64,000 nucleotides of DNA from Felis catus. Its lineage: Eukaryota. How positions within the stretch are numbered: the stretch's first letter is position 1; the number at the start of each line of letters is the position of its first letter. The stretch spans positions 228,410,001 through 228,474,000 of the forward strand of contig NC_058368.1 in assembly GCF_018350175.1 (NCBI RefSeq), written 5' to 3'. The notes beneath the pieces were generated by a model. That model worked only from the letters and a program-made list of their open reading frames with translations. It was not told the origin of the DNA and did not search any database. Shown here piece after piece: positions 49,313-61,270 of this stretch. The position numbers were made by a program, and so were the translations under genes.

Positions 49313-50832
49313 AAATGTTGGGAAAACTGCAAACTGGAAACAAATGACCACTACCAGAGCAAAGTGCTATGGCCATGGTGAAGAAGCCCTGCTCGAGTGA
49401 GGCACATTGGAGCAAGAGTCAGGTGGAGTGACAATGTCCCTTCTCACTCTTTGATCCTGGCAATCTCCCTCTTGAACCTGGGGTAGTGCCCAGCAGGGAA
49501 CACCAGGCAAAGCAGATATCAGTTCATAGGGTCCCCATTCAGCATCACAAAACAGAATATAGAAGGTTGGCTTGTAGATGAGATAGACTCTTAGTAACTG
49601 ACCCAGTGGGGGGATTCATGAAACACGGGTAAGGTGATAAAAGGCACTGGACAGGACCTGAATGACAATCATCCACTACAAAGTCTACGCACTCTACTCC
49701 AAGAGAGGAGAGCTGGGCATCCTTACCCCTCAGTCAACAACTGCTGTGTAGAGGGGGAGCTGCTGGCTAGGAGTGCTTGAATACACATAGCAGTGACATC
49801 TTGCAGCAGGAGAGGAGGCAAGAATAGAAAATTTTGTATTACCGAGGACATGATGTATAGACGCAGACCGTCTGTGTATTTTATAATATTAAAAGCAACA
49901 GGGAGGGGATAAAGGTACCACACTAAGTGCTCTGTTGTATGCTGGAAGCCACATCATTTAATCATTAGGATGTTGCTAGGATGGAGGTATTTTTTGTTAT
50001 TTTATAAAAGAAAGTCTTCAGAAAGTGAATTAACTTGCTCTGGGTCACATCATTGTGTATCCAAGTAATCTGTGGAGCAAGAATTTTATTCCAGATGTCT
50101 GGGTTTCAACATTTGCCCCAATATTATCACGTGGCCTCATTGTGCAAGTTACAAAACACAAATAACCCACGGCGGTAATGAATACTTACAATAGTCTGAA
50201 AGAACAGCAAGGTTATGATTCTAGACCTTCTCCTCTTTCTCCCATGCCCACAGAGGTGAGGGGTCCCTGGAGGCAGCAAGGGCAAAAATGGAGACACCAT
50301 AGAAATAAAAATTAGAAGGAAAAGCAAAACTGTACCATCCAGTGAACAGAGGAGTTTCCTCCCAGAACCCCCCTTTTGTTTAAGTCCAAGGATGTGAGAT
50401 TCCTGGCTAGAGCAGTGGAATGACATGAATCTAGGAGTCCTGGAGGAAGCAACTTTATTGGGAATAATTTGGGGGGGGGAGTGTGATTTCTTACTCTTTA
50501 TTTTAATTGTTAATGTTAGATAGGTGCCCAGTTTGGGACTGGGTTTTTCTTCTGCAAAGGGAGCAGAAGCTAGAAAACTAAGGTCAGGTTGGGCTGGGCC
50601 GTAAGGGATCAGCTCTAGGAGACATGGTTCTGCCTAACTCACTGGGTGCTAGGTGAGGATAACTTTGAGGTTTCTACATTGATTGGCCCAATACATAATG
50701 ATAGGTAGACCTTCCTGTGTAGTCAGGAAGAGCCACTTGGCTGAAATACCCACGAACCTCACAACAGAAGAATTTCCTATCATGCTTGCTAAACTCCATT
50801 TAAGAAAGCATGAAAGGATGAGTCACATTTTA

Positions 50833-51042
50833 TTGTTAAATGTTTATTTTGAGAGAGGGAGATACAGCCTGAGCAGGGGAGGGGGAGAGGGAGAGAGAGG
50901 GAGAGTGAGAATCCCAAGTGAGAATCTCTGTGTTGACAGCACAGAACCCAACATGGGGCTCCATCCCACAAACCATGGGATCATGACTTGAGCTGAGATC
51001 AACAGTTGAATGCTTAACTGACGGAGCCACCCGGTCACCCCT
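50833..51042 (-). mobile_element. CAN-SINE
   Basis: 16-bp TSD gatgagtcacatttta on both sides. Confidence 0.95.
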
Positions 51043-52186
51043 GATGAGTCACATTTTAGATGGTCTCCCAACCATGTATGTGGATTATTGGATGGTTCAG
51101 ATTCAGCCAGATGAGAAATTGATGGATGTGGAATATTTTAATCACCGGTGGTGCCAGACTACTAAACAAAGATACCTGCTTTAACTGGTTGGAGAAACTT
51201 ATTAATCCCTGCTATATTACTTCCTGTGTAATAGTCACATCTCCTTCTCTCCCTCACTTATTCCTCCCCTTAAATGTCCCTGAGTGGAAAATTTTGTGGA
51301 TGGAGGGCACTGCATGTATACTTGCTGCGTCATCTCCCTTTCTTCTTGGGAGTTGGCCTGTCTACTGAGATAGAATGTTCTCCCTCATTTGCAGCCATAG
51401 TTAGCCTAGCAGGGAGGCCCTGTTCCTGTGGTTCAGGCCTGGAGGCCAGGAGTCCTGCAGCGGTTCAGCTATGAGTCATCCTACGTTTGGGATGCAGCAT
51501 TAGAAAGTTGCTTATACTAGACACAGGACATGTTATCCTATATTAGCTTTATCAGCAATATTGGCAATATTTTGCTTATCTATCTGCCTGTTTTGTCTTC
51601 ATTTTAAATTGGTTTATAAGTTGCAAGAAGGAGGGGTAGAATTTACCAAATCTCCTTGAATCTGAATAATACAAAAAAACCCACATATTGTTTCTTTTTC
51701 CAGATTTTACTTGGAAATGATATTCTATAATTTTATGCCACAGATATTAAAAAGAAAAAAAAGAAAATGTATCTTGTTCTTTCTGGACAATGTGTATAAT
51801 GATTTGTTTTCTCTCTTTCTCTCTCTCTTTTTTTAGCTCACCTACATAGGTTTTTATTTTTTTATTCAATATTCAAGATTCTTACCCTCATACATAGGAA
51901 CTAATTCATGACTGCAATTATAATATTGTATTGTTCCTTGGTAATAAAAGCTGTATAAAACTATTATTTTACCAAATCACAGACCTTTAAAACCTTCTAA
52001 ATAAACTAAAAATTTTAAAGGAATGTAGATTATACAAAAGTAGAGTTTTTTCTTATTATTTGTTTCCTTAAGCATTTCTTGTACTTGGGGAAAGTATGTT
52101 TAAAAAGATCACCCATCATCTCATTGTTGAGAGGTGATCGCTGCTAACATTTTCATATATCTCTTCCTAGGCTATCTTCAATATAT

Positions 52187-52250
52187 GAACACAGAACACA
52201 CACACACAAAACACACACACACCAGAACACATACACACAACACATACAAT

Positions 52251-52296
<46 letters not shown>

Positions 52297-52300
52297 ACAT
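52187..52300. repeat. (CA)n compound microsatellite
   Basis: Direct reading. Confidence 0.95.
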
Positions 52301-53479
52301 GCCACAGTCTACTAAATCTTTCAGAGAAAGAAATTTAATCCCAGAGAGGTGGTTGGTTATCAGACTAAATCAAGTCTTTTGTTGTCAATGTGAGATAAAA
52401 ATCAGAGCCCTTACATAAGTTTTTTGAAATGGCTCAAGAAATCTTTTTTAGTGAAATACCCTTAAATATTGAAGGATCAGTAAATTGGCATTAACTTTTT
52501 AAAAAGTGCTAACTGGAAGTCTGTTTTGACTACATGCTCTCCAAGGTTCCTCATTAAAATGATAAATACCAGAAGCAGGATGGTGATTTAGTGACGGCTC
52601 TAGGAGAGAAAGGTAAATCTCACCAGGATAACACATTTTGGGGGACCACGCACCAGTGCACTTTGGAGAAGTTGCAGCTTACCGTAAGAGACAAACTGCG
52701 AAGGTACTGCTATTTCTCAGAAGGACAAAGGATGAGAGGAAAACTGGATTAAATTAGGTCAATTGGGAGATTGTATCTTAAATGACATCTGACAGAGAAT
52801 TCTGTGTGGAAAATGTACTATCACCAGACGTAGAATGATTTTATGATTTGTATTTTTCGGTTGGATCATGATACAGAAAAATGCCATATTTAAGCCCGGC
52901 GGAATGGTGTTTAGAGCTGCAACGTGTACAAAGTACCTCTCCCTACAGTCTACTTCCTCACCATATTGAGTCTCAGTCTTTAAACCACTTTCAATCTGAC
53001 AATGCTAGGCAAAGAATTCTAAATAAAGAGGAAGAAACACAAATACATCACAATTCAATTGCATTGGGTATTTTCCACCTATAGATTGCCATGTGCTTTC
53101 TAAGTCTTGTTTTTGTTTTTGTTTTTACTTTTTGCCATATATGAATAGTTTTGTAGTTATAACTTAATTTTATATAGCCAATGTTTCAAAAATATTTGAG
53201 ATCTTTTCAATGGTCATTCATGGACCTTAATTTGGATATTGGGCAGCATACGTTCATTGTCCAGAGGCTGATAACTGCTCCAAACACTATTCCAAGAGTT
53301 ATCTGCTGATGTGACCACATGTAGTGGGTGTAGCATTTGCTGGGTTCATTAGGCAGAATTATTCTCTTCTTTCAGGACTGATGCATCTTAGATGGGCATC
53401 TTGATAAGAATGCTGTAGAAAGTGGATTGAATAATCTGTTTTATAATACAATAGAGAATGGTATTTTTATCAATTAAAA

Positions 53480-53481
<2 letters not shown>

Positions 53482-53521
<40 letters not shown>

Positions 53522-53649
53522 TTTTTTAAAAAAGTAGCTTCATGCCCAGTGTGGAGTCCAATGCAGGGTTTGAACTCATGACCATGAGATCAAACTGAAG
53601 CTGAGATCAAGAGTTGGATGCTTAACTGACTCAGCCACCCAGGTGCCCC
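53482..53649 (-). mobile_element. Short CAN-SINE with a (TA)n tail
   Basis: (TA)n at 53482-53519, then SINE body ending gccacccaggtgcccc. Confidence 0.9.
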
Positions 53650-53659
53650 AGCACATGTA

Positions 53660-53831
53660 CATTGTTTTTAAATGCTATTTGTTTTTTTCTGAGAATATTT
53701 ATAAATAAATGTATATTTATTACAGATTGGGAAATTACACAAGAAAAAGCTCTCAGGAGAAACCTTAGTCTTGAATGGTCACAGCCTAAATCCTGGATCA
53801 CCACTGAGTATGTGTTAAGCCTTCTATGGCT

Positions 53832-53881
<50 letters not shown>

Positions 53882-54720
53882 TTTCACATAAACATGCAAA
53901 CATAAGTTTATGGTCTATACTATTTATAACTTTTTAAGTCATCCTTTAAAATGTGAATATTTATCCATGTCATCAAATATTCTTTTAAAACATAAATTAT
54001 AATGGAGGACGAATATTCCTTGCTATGGAGTTTTCATCATATTTTGAAATTTAGGCCATCCCATCTATAAGTTGTTTCTCTTTCTCTTCTTTGTAACTAG
54101 CCCTATGGTAAATATCTTTATTAATAAATAATTGTCTATTTATCTTTGACTATTTCCTCACAGTAAATCACTAGCAGTAGAATTAGGAAGGCAAAGATCA
54201 TGAAGATATATTAGACCTTAATGAATATTGGTGTATTTCCCATTAAGAAGAATGTAGCAGATAACACTTCTACTAGCAGCATATAAAAATCCACTTTCTC
54301 ATAACTTCATTACTACCAAATATTACCCTGAACTATAAAAATAATTGCTTATATGATGGGTTAGGGATGACACTCGTGGTTACAGGGCCTTTCTTTGATA
54401 TGCATATAATTTGAGCTCTGAGAAATATTTTCACTGTCCATGTATATTTTTCCTTTTGTACATCAGGTCTTCACATTTTGCCAAATTTCCTACTGGCATA
54501 TACGTGCCTTTATGGAAGAGGATTTTATATATTAGGAATAATGACCCATTGTCTGTTATTTATGGTGTACCAATTTCCTTCTGGTTTGTGCTTTTCAGAT
54601 CCTACTTTTGGCAGCTTTTGTTGCATAAACATTTTAAATTGTTATGTCATCAAGCCCATCGATCTTTTACTTTATGCTCTCTTTCTTTATCTCTATGCTT
54701 GGAAATGCTTTCCCTGCTCG
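53660..54720 (-). mobile_element. Old L1M fragment containing (CA)n at 53834-53877
   Basis: Degenerate antisense L1 3' region; boundaries approximate. Confidence 0.6.
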
Positions 54721-57064
54721 GTGACAGACATTTATCTGGTACAACACATAAAACAGTGTTTTACAACTGGTGCTCTTTTTAGTGGTCTCTTTTGGAAGTC
54801 TGGTGAGTGAGCGAGCAGGGATGGGGTGCGGTGGGGGGGTGGGTGGGCGTGGCCAGCAAGCAAGGTGTGGGGGAAAGGAAGTGGGCTCCGTGAGTGAACA
54901 AGGTGAAGGCGGAAAGGTAGGAGAGGAGTACTGCGGAAGCTGAGGAGGAGATGCCACTGAGACTTTCACTTCCGTTCATGCTCCGAAGGCTTTTCTTCTT
55001 CCCATTAAGTACAAGCAGCGAAGACTGGTGAGAGGAAGGAAGAACATATCAGTGTGCCGTGAATGACTGTCCTTTGGGAGGACTGGAGGATGAGTTGTAT
55101 CTGTCACCGTTGCAGCCTCTGGCATTCCTCTTGGGCACTGTCCCTCACAAGCAGCCTGGGGTCTCTGCTAGCCCCTCTGCTTGCTTCTTATCCAGTTGGG
55201 AATGGGAGGGGGCACCGGGGGAGAGAGATAGGTGCACGGAATACAAGGTCAGCATCTTGAGTTGGATAGTTTATGAGAGGGAAATCCATTCTTCAGGGTC
55301 TCCCACTTACCTCCACCTGCTCATCTTCCTGCCTTTCCTGAGCCAGAAGTCAAAACACATGTTCCAGGCTTTCCCTCACAATAAGGGGTACAGCACTAAT
55401 GGGAGCTTCCAGGTGAGGGAGGGATCATCACTCAAGAATGAAATGTAAGGGATCAACCAGAAAAGACTGGAAATCTGGGTGATGTAGAATTTGAGCCCCC
55501 AGGTGGCCATCTGTGCCATGAGGGTCTTGTCATCCTGATCAAAACTGAAATCACCATCAAGATAAATAAGGCTTGGTCTTGGCAGCCATGATCAGAGAAT
55601 GATCTTTGTGCCGTGGGAGTTATTCTTGGGATTATGCACGTAATCAGTGGAGAAAATGAGAATTGGGGAACAGAACAGTGTTAGAGTAGATATGTCACCT
55701 TTACTTTCCCTTAAGTGGCTGAGGTCCTTGCAGAGTATTTAGCTGAGTCCTCCTTTAGTGTGAGAGCAAGGGAGAGCCTTTGATGTTGGAAAGCAACTGT
55801 CTCTTGTACTTATTTGTACCTGTTGTGTTGCAGAAGGGATAAGGCACAAGCTGGTCTTAACCAGCAAAGGTCCCAGGAAAGGGAAAGGGACAGCACTGGT
55901 GTGCATACCACTCTCCATATCTATAAGAATCTGACACTAGACATACGAGATTTCTCCATGTATTTGTATCAGTTCATTTATCTGGCTCAGGAGAGGATAG
56001 ATCTTTATAGGAATTGGAGCATATGTTTAGGAGGGTCTGATTTAAAACACAGATTTACTGGAGAGGGATAAATTCACCCTGGGGCTCCTGCACAGGTATC
56101 TCCTCCCAAAGGTCTTTGCAGATGCTGCTGGTAGAGAAACTCCTACACCTTCTTCATGCTTGCATGAGTAGGGTTAACCATCCCAGGGTGTGTGGAGCTG
56201 GAGATTCATCATTGTGGTTCCCAATAACTCTCTTGAATTCTGATGCATATTCCTACTCTGGTCAAGCCCAGTGTCCTGGGTGAGGTAAGGACTGAGGCAG
56301 TAAGTCAAGAAGCAGACTTACGTGGGACGCCAGAGAGTAGGCACATGCCTTTTGCTTTCCAGGAGTGGTAACTGGAGAGCAGAAAGATAAGCCATGCAAC
56401 TACATAATTTATTACATATATTGATTTGACCTGAGGAAGTGGGAGAAACTATAGGTCAGCGGAACCCAGAAGCTCTCGAAGAACACAGGCTCCTGGGCTC
56501 TTTTATACATAATTTATCTTCTTTATGTCTTCCTTCTTTTTTTGTGGCTCAAAACCTCCATTGTCTCCCCTGACCTTTCTCCATGGTGCAGCTGGCTAGA
56601 TAATTAGAACTCTACCTCTAATTACTCTTTATTTAATTTACATGTAGATTTATTATCATAATATCGTTATCATAAAGTAACATAGAATGGAGTAAACACT
56701 CTACAGCTATAGCCTTACTTAGTGACATCCTATTCTTGGCTCACCTTACCTGCTTTTGTGATCCAAAGAATGAAAACTATTTTTTCAGTTCTGCATGTTT
56801 TCTCTCCTTTTTTTTTTTTTTTTTTTTTTTTTTTGTCTCTCCATCTGGACATAACCTAGCTCATTAGTACAGTTTCCTTTGAAATTGCTAATTTAACTCT
56901 TCCATGCCCACTACATTCTACCACAGAATAGTAGGCTATATTTCTTAAGCTTTACTTCATACTGGAATCACCCCTGGAGGTGAGACCCAAGCTTCAGTGT
57001 TTGTTTGCAGCTCTCCAGGTTATTTAAATGGGCAGTCTATGGATTTGAGAGCCAGCGGACCAGA

Positions 57065-57228
57065 CGCTTGCTACTCAAAGTGTGTGCCTCAGATCAGCAG
57101 GGTGGAACGTCACTGGAGCTTGCTAGAAACGCAGAATCTCAGGTACCACTCCCATCTCGCTAAGACCAAATCTGCAAGGAAATGAGATCCTCGGGTAATT
57201 CATAGGCACGTTGATAATTAAGAAGACT
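57065..57228 (+). mobile_element. MER5A-like hAT MITE
   Basis: ctactcaaagtgtg...gagcttgctagaaacgcagaatctcagg. Confidence 0.7.
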
Positions 57229-57810
57229 AAACCCTCTCTCCAATCACTATGTCACAATCCTTTCCATCCTCTTCAGCCAAAGATCAATAGGAATACACCT
57301 GATTCATACCAGGTTAAGTTTATTTATTTAGTTACAATGTGAGAAAGTGCACCTCAGAGAAACCAGGGAGGCATCTAGGTAAGAGGGAGTTGGGAGACTG
57401 GGAGAAGCTTATTATAGGATTGGGGATTGCTTCCACCTTGCCTTCCTGATAGCACCCAATCCAGAACTTGTCTCTGCTCTCTTGAACTCTTCTAGGGGAC
57501 AGGTATTTATGGCATACACAGAACAGTGTAATTTAACAGTGAGGGATGCTGGTCAAAGAGCGGAAGAGCTCTGATGTAAGCATGCCAGTATATTTACAGT
57601 GTTTAACAGTCAGCCACATCACACGTGGGCTTACGTTAAGCTGAGTAACATAGTGCTATAAAGAGGTTTTTTGGTAGTAACAACTCGACACATTAAACAC
57701 TGATCTTGACCACTCTTGCCCTGACTTCAAGAAAACCTTGCCAACCTGAGCTGGCCCTGCTGAACAAGCAGCCAGGCTCACCTCCAAGAAGCGCAGAATG
57801 CAGTTGTCAG

Positions 57811-58003
57811 GGGTTGAGCGGAGGGGAAATGAGAAGTTGCTGATCAATGGGTATAAAATTTCAGTCACGCAAGATAAATGAGTTCCAGAAACTTGTTGTA
57901 CGGTATTACGGCCATAGTTAACAATATTGGATTGTGCACCTAAAAATCCAGGAGGGTAGATCTCGTGTTAACTGTTCTTACCCAATAAAATAAAAACAAT
58001 AAA
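57811..58003 (+). mobile_element. Old L1M extreme 3' fragment
   Basis: ggggaaatgagaagttgctgatcaatgggtataaaatttcagt...agggtagatctc..tgttcttacc plus A-rich tail. Confidence 0.8.
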
Positions 58004-60224
58004 AGAGATTTGGAAGGAAAAGTAGGGGTCTCTAGATGAAGAGTGTTATGAGGGAGTTCAGAGAGTATTCCAGTGTGGGAAGTTACCCTTGTTCTCTCTC
58101 CACAAGGAAGGAGCCCCTGGATGCATTTCCCCTAAAGACCGTGATGTTTTTGAACTTAGGGCCTGAGGTCCAGTTTCACCTGACGGTTGTTGGCAGGACC
58201 TGAAGACAAACTCCAGTGGCATTAGGGACGTCCTGTAGAAGATGGCAGGGTGGCAGAACTGCTTAAGAGATGACTTTGGCCGTGTCCAGAGCCTCATCTC
58301 CGTATTTTCTGTGGGAACTAGAATTCTAGGTTTCCCATGGCATCAGATTACCTAGGGCAGGTCCGGACGTCCAGGCAGCTCCCACTGGATCTCCTAAAAG
58401 ACAAAAGGGTTCCATATGAAAGCTTTGGGATGGGCTTTCTGCTAGGGGGCGAGGCATGGGCCACACCATGGCACCGTGTAGACCATCAAGGTCAGAAGGT
58501 TTCACAGGCAGTGCTACTTGAGGTCTTGGGCTAATTTGCCAACAGCAAATATTCCATCAGTCGATAAAGCCAGTCCTGACATCCTGGATCTCTGTAACTG
58601 GACACCATCCAGAAGTGGATGTGCTCCACACATGCAACCTCACCTCTTCCACAGAAGCTGACTTTCCTTCCCTTTCTACCAGTAATAGAAGAAATGAGAC
58701 AGAAGCTCAGGAGAAGAGGGAGGAGAGGGGAAGCATTAAGAGCGAGCAGCTATTATTAATAGAGAAATATGGCTGCTTTCTGATCAGATACAGGCAATCC
58801 CACAGCAGCCTTGCAGTGCCCATGGCTTACAGCACTCCAGTTATCACTGAGGGTCAGCATCAGCTTGTCAAAGACGGTCCACAGTGTTTTTAGTCTATCA
58901 CTTAATCAGTTATCAGACTAACCATCTAATAATCAAGCACATCTATTTTTTTATATTGCCCAAACAGCTATCCATGTAATTTTTGTCAAACACCTGGCTA
59001 AAGGCAAGACCCAGTATCCTGAAAGAAAGCTATGGTCTCTGACTGCTGCTTCCTAGGCATTGCCCTTTTCTCTGCTGAGTGATTACAAAACACTCAAATG
59101 CTTTCTTACCAGGGACTTATACAGTGGTGATTATAGCTACGATAGCTGAGTTTTGCTCTACCCTGGGCGCTTTACAAAGATCTCATTTTATTTACTGTCA
59201 GACCTCTAGGTGGGGACAGAGTCCCAGAAACTCTTGCAGATTTTTTAGCCGGGTTTGGAGACTCAGAACCAGGATCTGGGCTATAGGACCTTGTGGAAGG
59301 TGTGGTCTGAGTGAAAGTTGTTTTACGTGTGGCCGTTATTTCCATCATGCTTCATAGTCTGGGGCTCACTACAGACTCTTTCTGGGCTCAGGCCTCCTCT
59401 CTGTTTCCCTCACTACCTTTCTGGTTTCTTTCTCGCTAGGATATTTGTGATGATGTAAATGTAGTTTCATTTTCAAATGTCTCCCCTGCTCTTTCAGCTG
59501 TGTTTCCTTTTAAAGTCTTTGCAATGGGCCAATTTGCTCTTTTGATTTTTTTGAAATCTATTTTTACTGAAGTCTTTGGAACAGCTGATGACTCTCCGTG
59601 TTCTCTTTCCTTTTCTCTTTCTTCTTTAGATTAAAAATTCCCTGTTTCTAGTCTAACGGAGTGATTTGTAACATCCCTCAAGTTATACGGTGTCAAGATT
59701 ACAGACATAGAGTGTGTTTTAACATTATTATGCATCATTAGTTGTTATAACTTCTAGAAGATGATTCTCCCCCCTCCAAATGAGATCTTCCTGAAGCTGA
59801 AAAGTCCCACGAGAGGTTTTAGAAGGCAAGGTCTTAGACTCTTGACTGTGGGGCCCGGCTGCATGGTTTCAATGGTCAGCTGCACTTAGTATCAGCTGCA
59901 TGATTTGGGGGAGTCTCTTTACCTCTCTATGTCCCAGTTTCAGCATCTGCAAATGAGAGCAAAACATCAGCCTCAACCACCGACATAGTAATTGGGAGCA
60001 CTAAATGAGTTATGCCATGCAAAGCATTTAAAACAGTGACTGGTGAAATTCAGCACACCAGTGATACATCCCATAAATGTGTGTTGAGTGCCTGCCAAGT
60101 CCCAGATATTGTTCTAGGTACCAGTGAGAAAACAAACAAATACATGTGTATCTTAGCTAGTGTTGACAACTGTCGTGAAGAATGATGGAGCAGAGAAAGG
60201 AGATGGGCACACCCACACACATTT

Positions 60225-60637
60225 CTATATGAGATTTATTTTAAGGAACTGGCTCACACAACTATGGAGTTGTGGGGGCCGGCAAGTCTGAACCCTGGGG
60301 GGCATGCTGGAAAGTCAGGGAGGAATTCAGGTTATAGTCGTTAAGTCCAAAATTTGTAGGACAAGTCGGCAGGCTAGAAACTCAGGCAGGGTTTCTATTT
60401 AACACTTTTGGGGCAGAATTTGTTTTTCTCTGGGAAACCTCAGTTTTGTTGTTAAGGCCTTCAGATTGGTTGGCTGAGACTCACCTACATTATCAAGGGT
60501 AATTGTTGCTTAAAGTCAACTGATTGTAGATGTTAATCCTATCTACAAAATACCTTCACAGCAGCATCTAGATTAGCGTTTGTCCAAACAACTCATTACC
60601 GAAGCCTAGCAATGTTGACCTATGAGTCAGCCACCAC
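60225..60637. mobile_element. MLT2 (ERVL) LTR
   Basis: gagatttattttaaggaactggctcac...aaataccttcacagcagcatctagattag...agcctagc. Confidence 0.85.
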
Positions 60638-60967
60638 AGGAGAGGTATGTTCCCTTCTGTTAGAGGGTCAGACGTGAGCTCTCTGAGGAGGTGTTATATG
60701 AAATGAGATCCAAATAAAGTTAAAAGAGGGAGCGGAGCGTGCAGATACTGGAGACACAAAACCAGAGAGGGGCATCTTTGAGATGGGGTAATCTAAATAC
60801 ACATTTGCTGTCATTGGTAAGGGTCTCCCACTTACCTATGTCTTGATAATAATTTTCCACCTTTTTGGGGGGTAAGTTACTCCATTTCCATCATATCTCT
60901 TAAAATCTTCAGATTTATACATTAACCCATTCAGTTGCTTGAAGTATCTCATTGAAAGTATCATATA

Positions 60968-61181
60968 GGGGCGCCTGGGTGGCTCAGTCGGTTAAGTGTC
61001 CGCCCTCAGCTCAGGTCATGATATCATGGTTTGTGGGTTCCAGCCCTGCATTGGGGCTCTGTCCTGACAGTTCGGAGCCTGGAGACTGCTTCGGATTCTG
61101 TGTCTCCCTCTCTCTCTGCCCCTCCCCCGCTTGTGCTCTCTCTCTCTCAAAAATGAATAAAAATGTTAAAAAAATTAAAAA
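60968..61181 (+). mobile_element. CAN-SINE (feline type)
   Basis: ggggcgcctgggtggctcagtcggttaag; TSD gaaagtatcat / gaaagtgtcat. Confidence 0.95.
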
Positions 61182-61253
61182 GAAAGTGTCATGTAAAAGG
61201 ATAAAGTGATGACATGTGATCACTTGTGAAGTCCAGCTTCTGCGCATCATAAT

Positions 61254-61270
61254 GACGCCCCCTAGTGGTG
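61254..61270 (-). promoter_or_regulatory. CTCF-like motif
   Basis: CACCACTAGGGGGCGTC on the minus strand, close to the CCASYAGRKGGCRS consensus, in non-repeat sequence. Confidence 0.55.

Noticed and set aside
58311..58351. GT..AG intron inside the 58675-58087 segment
   Set aside because: About 43 bp is too short for a mammalian intron; treated as one decayed exon.
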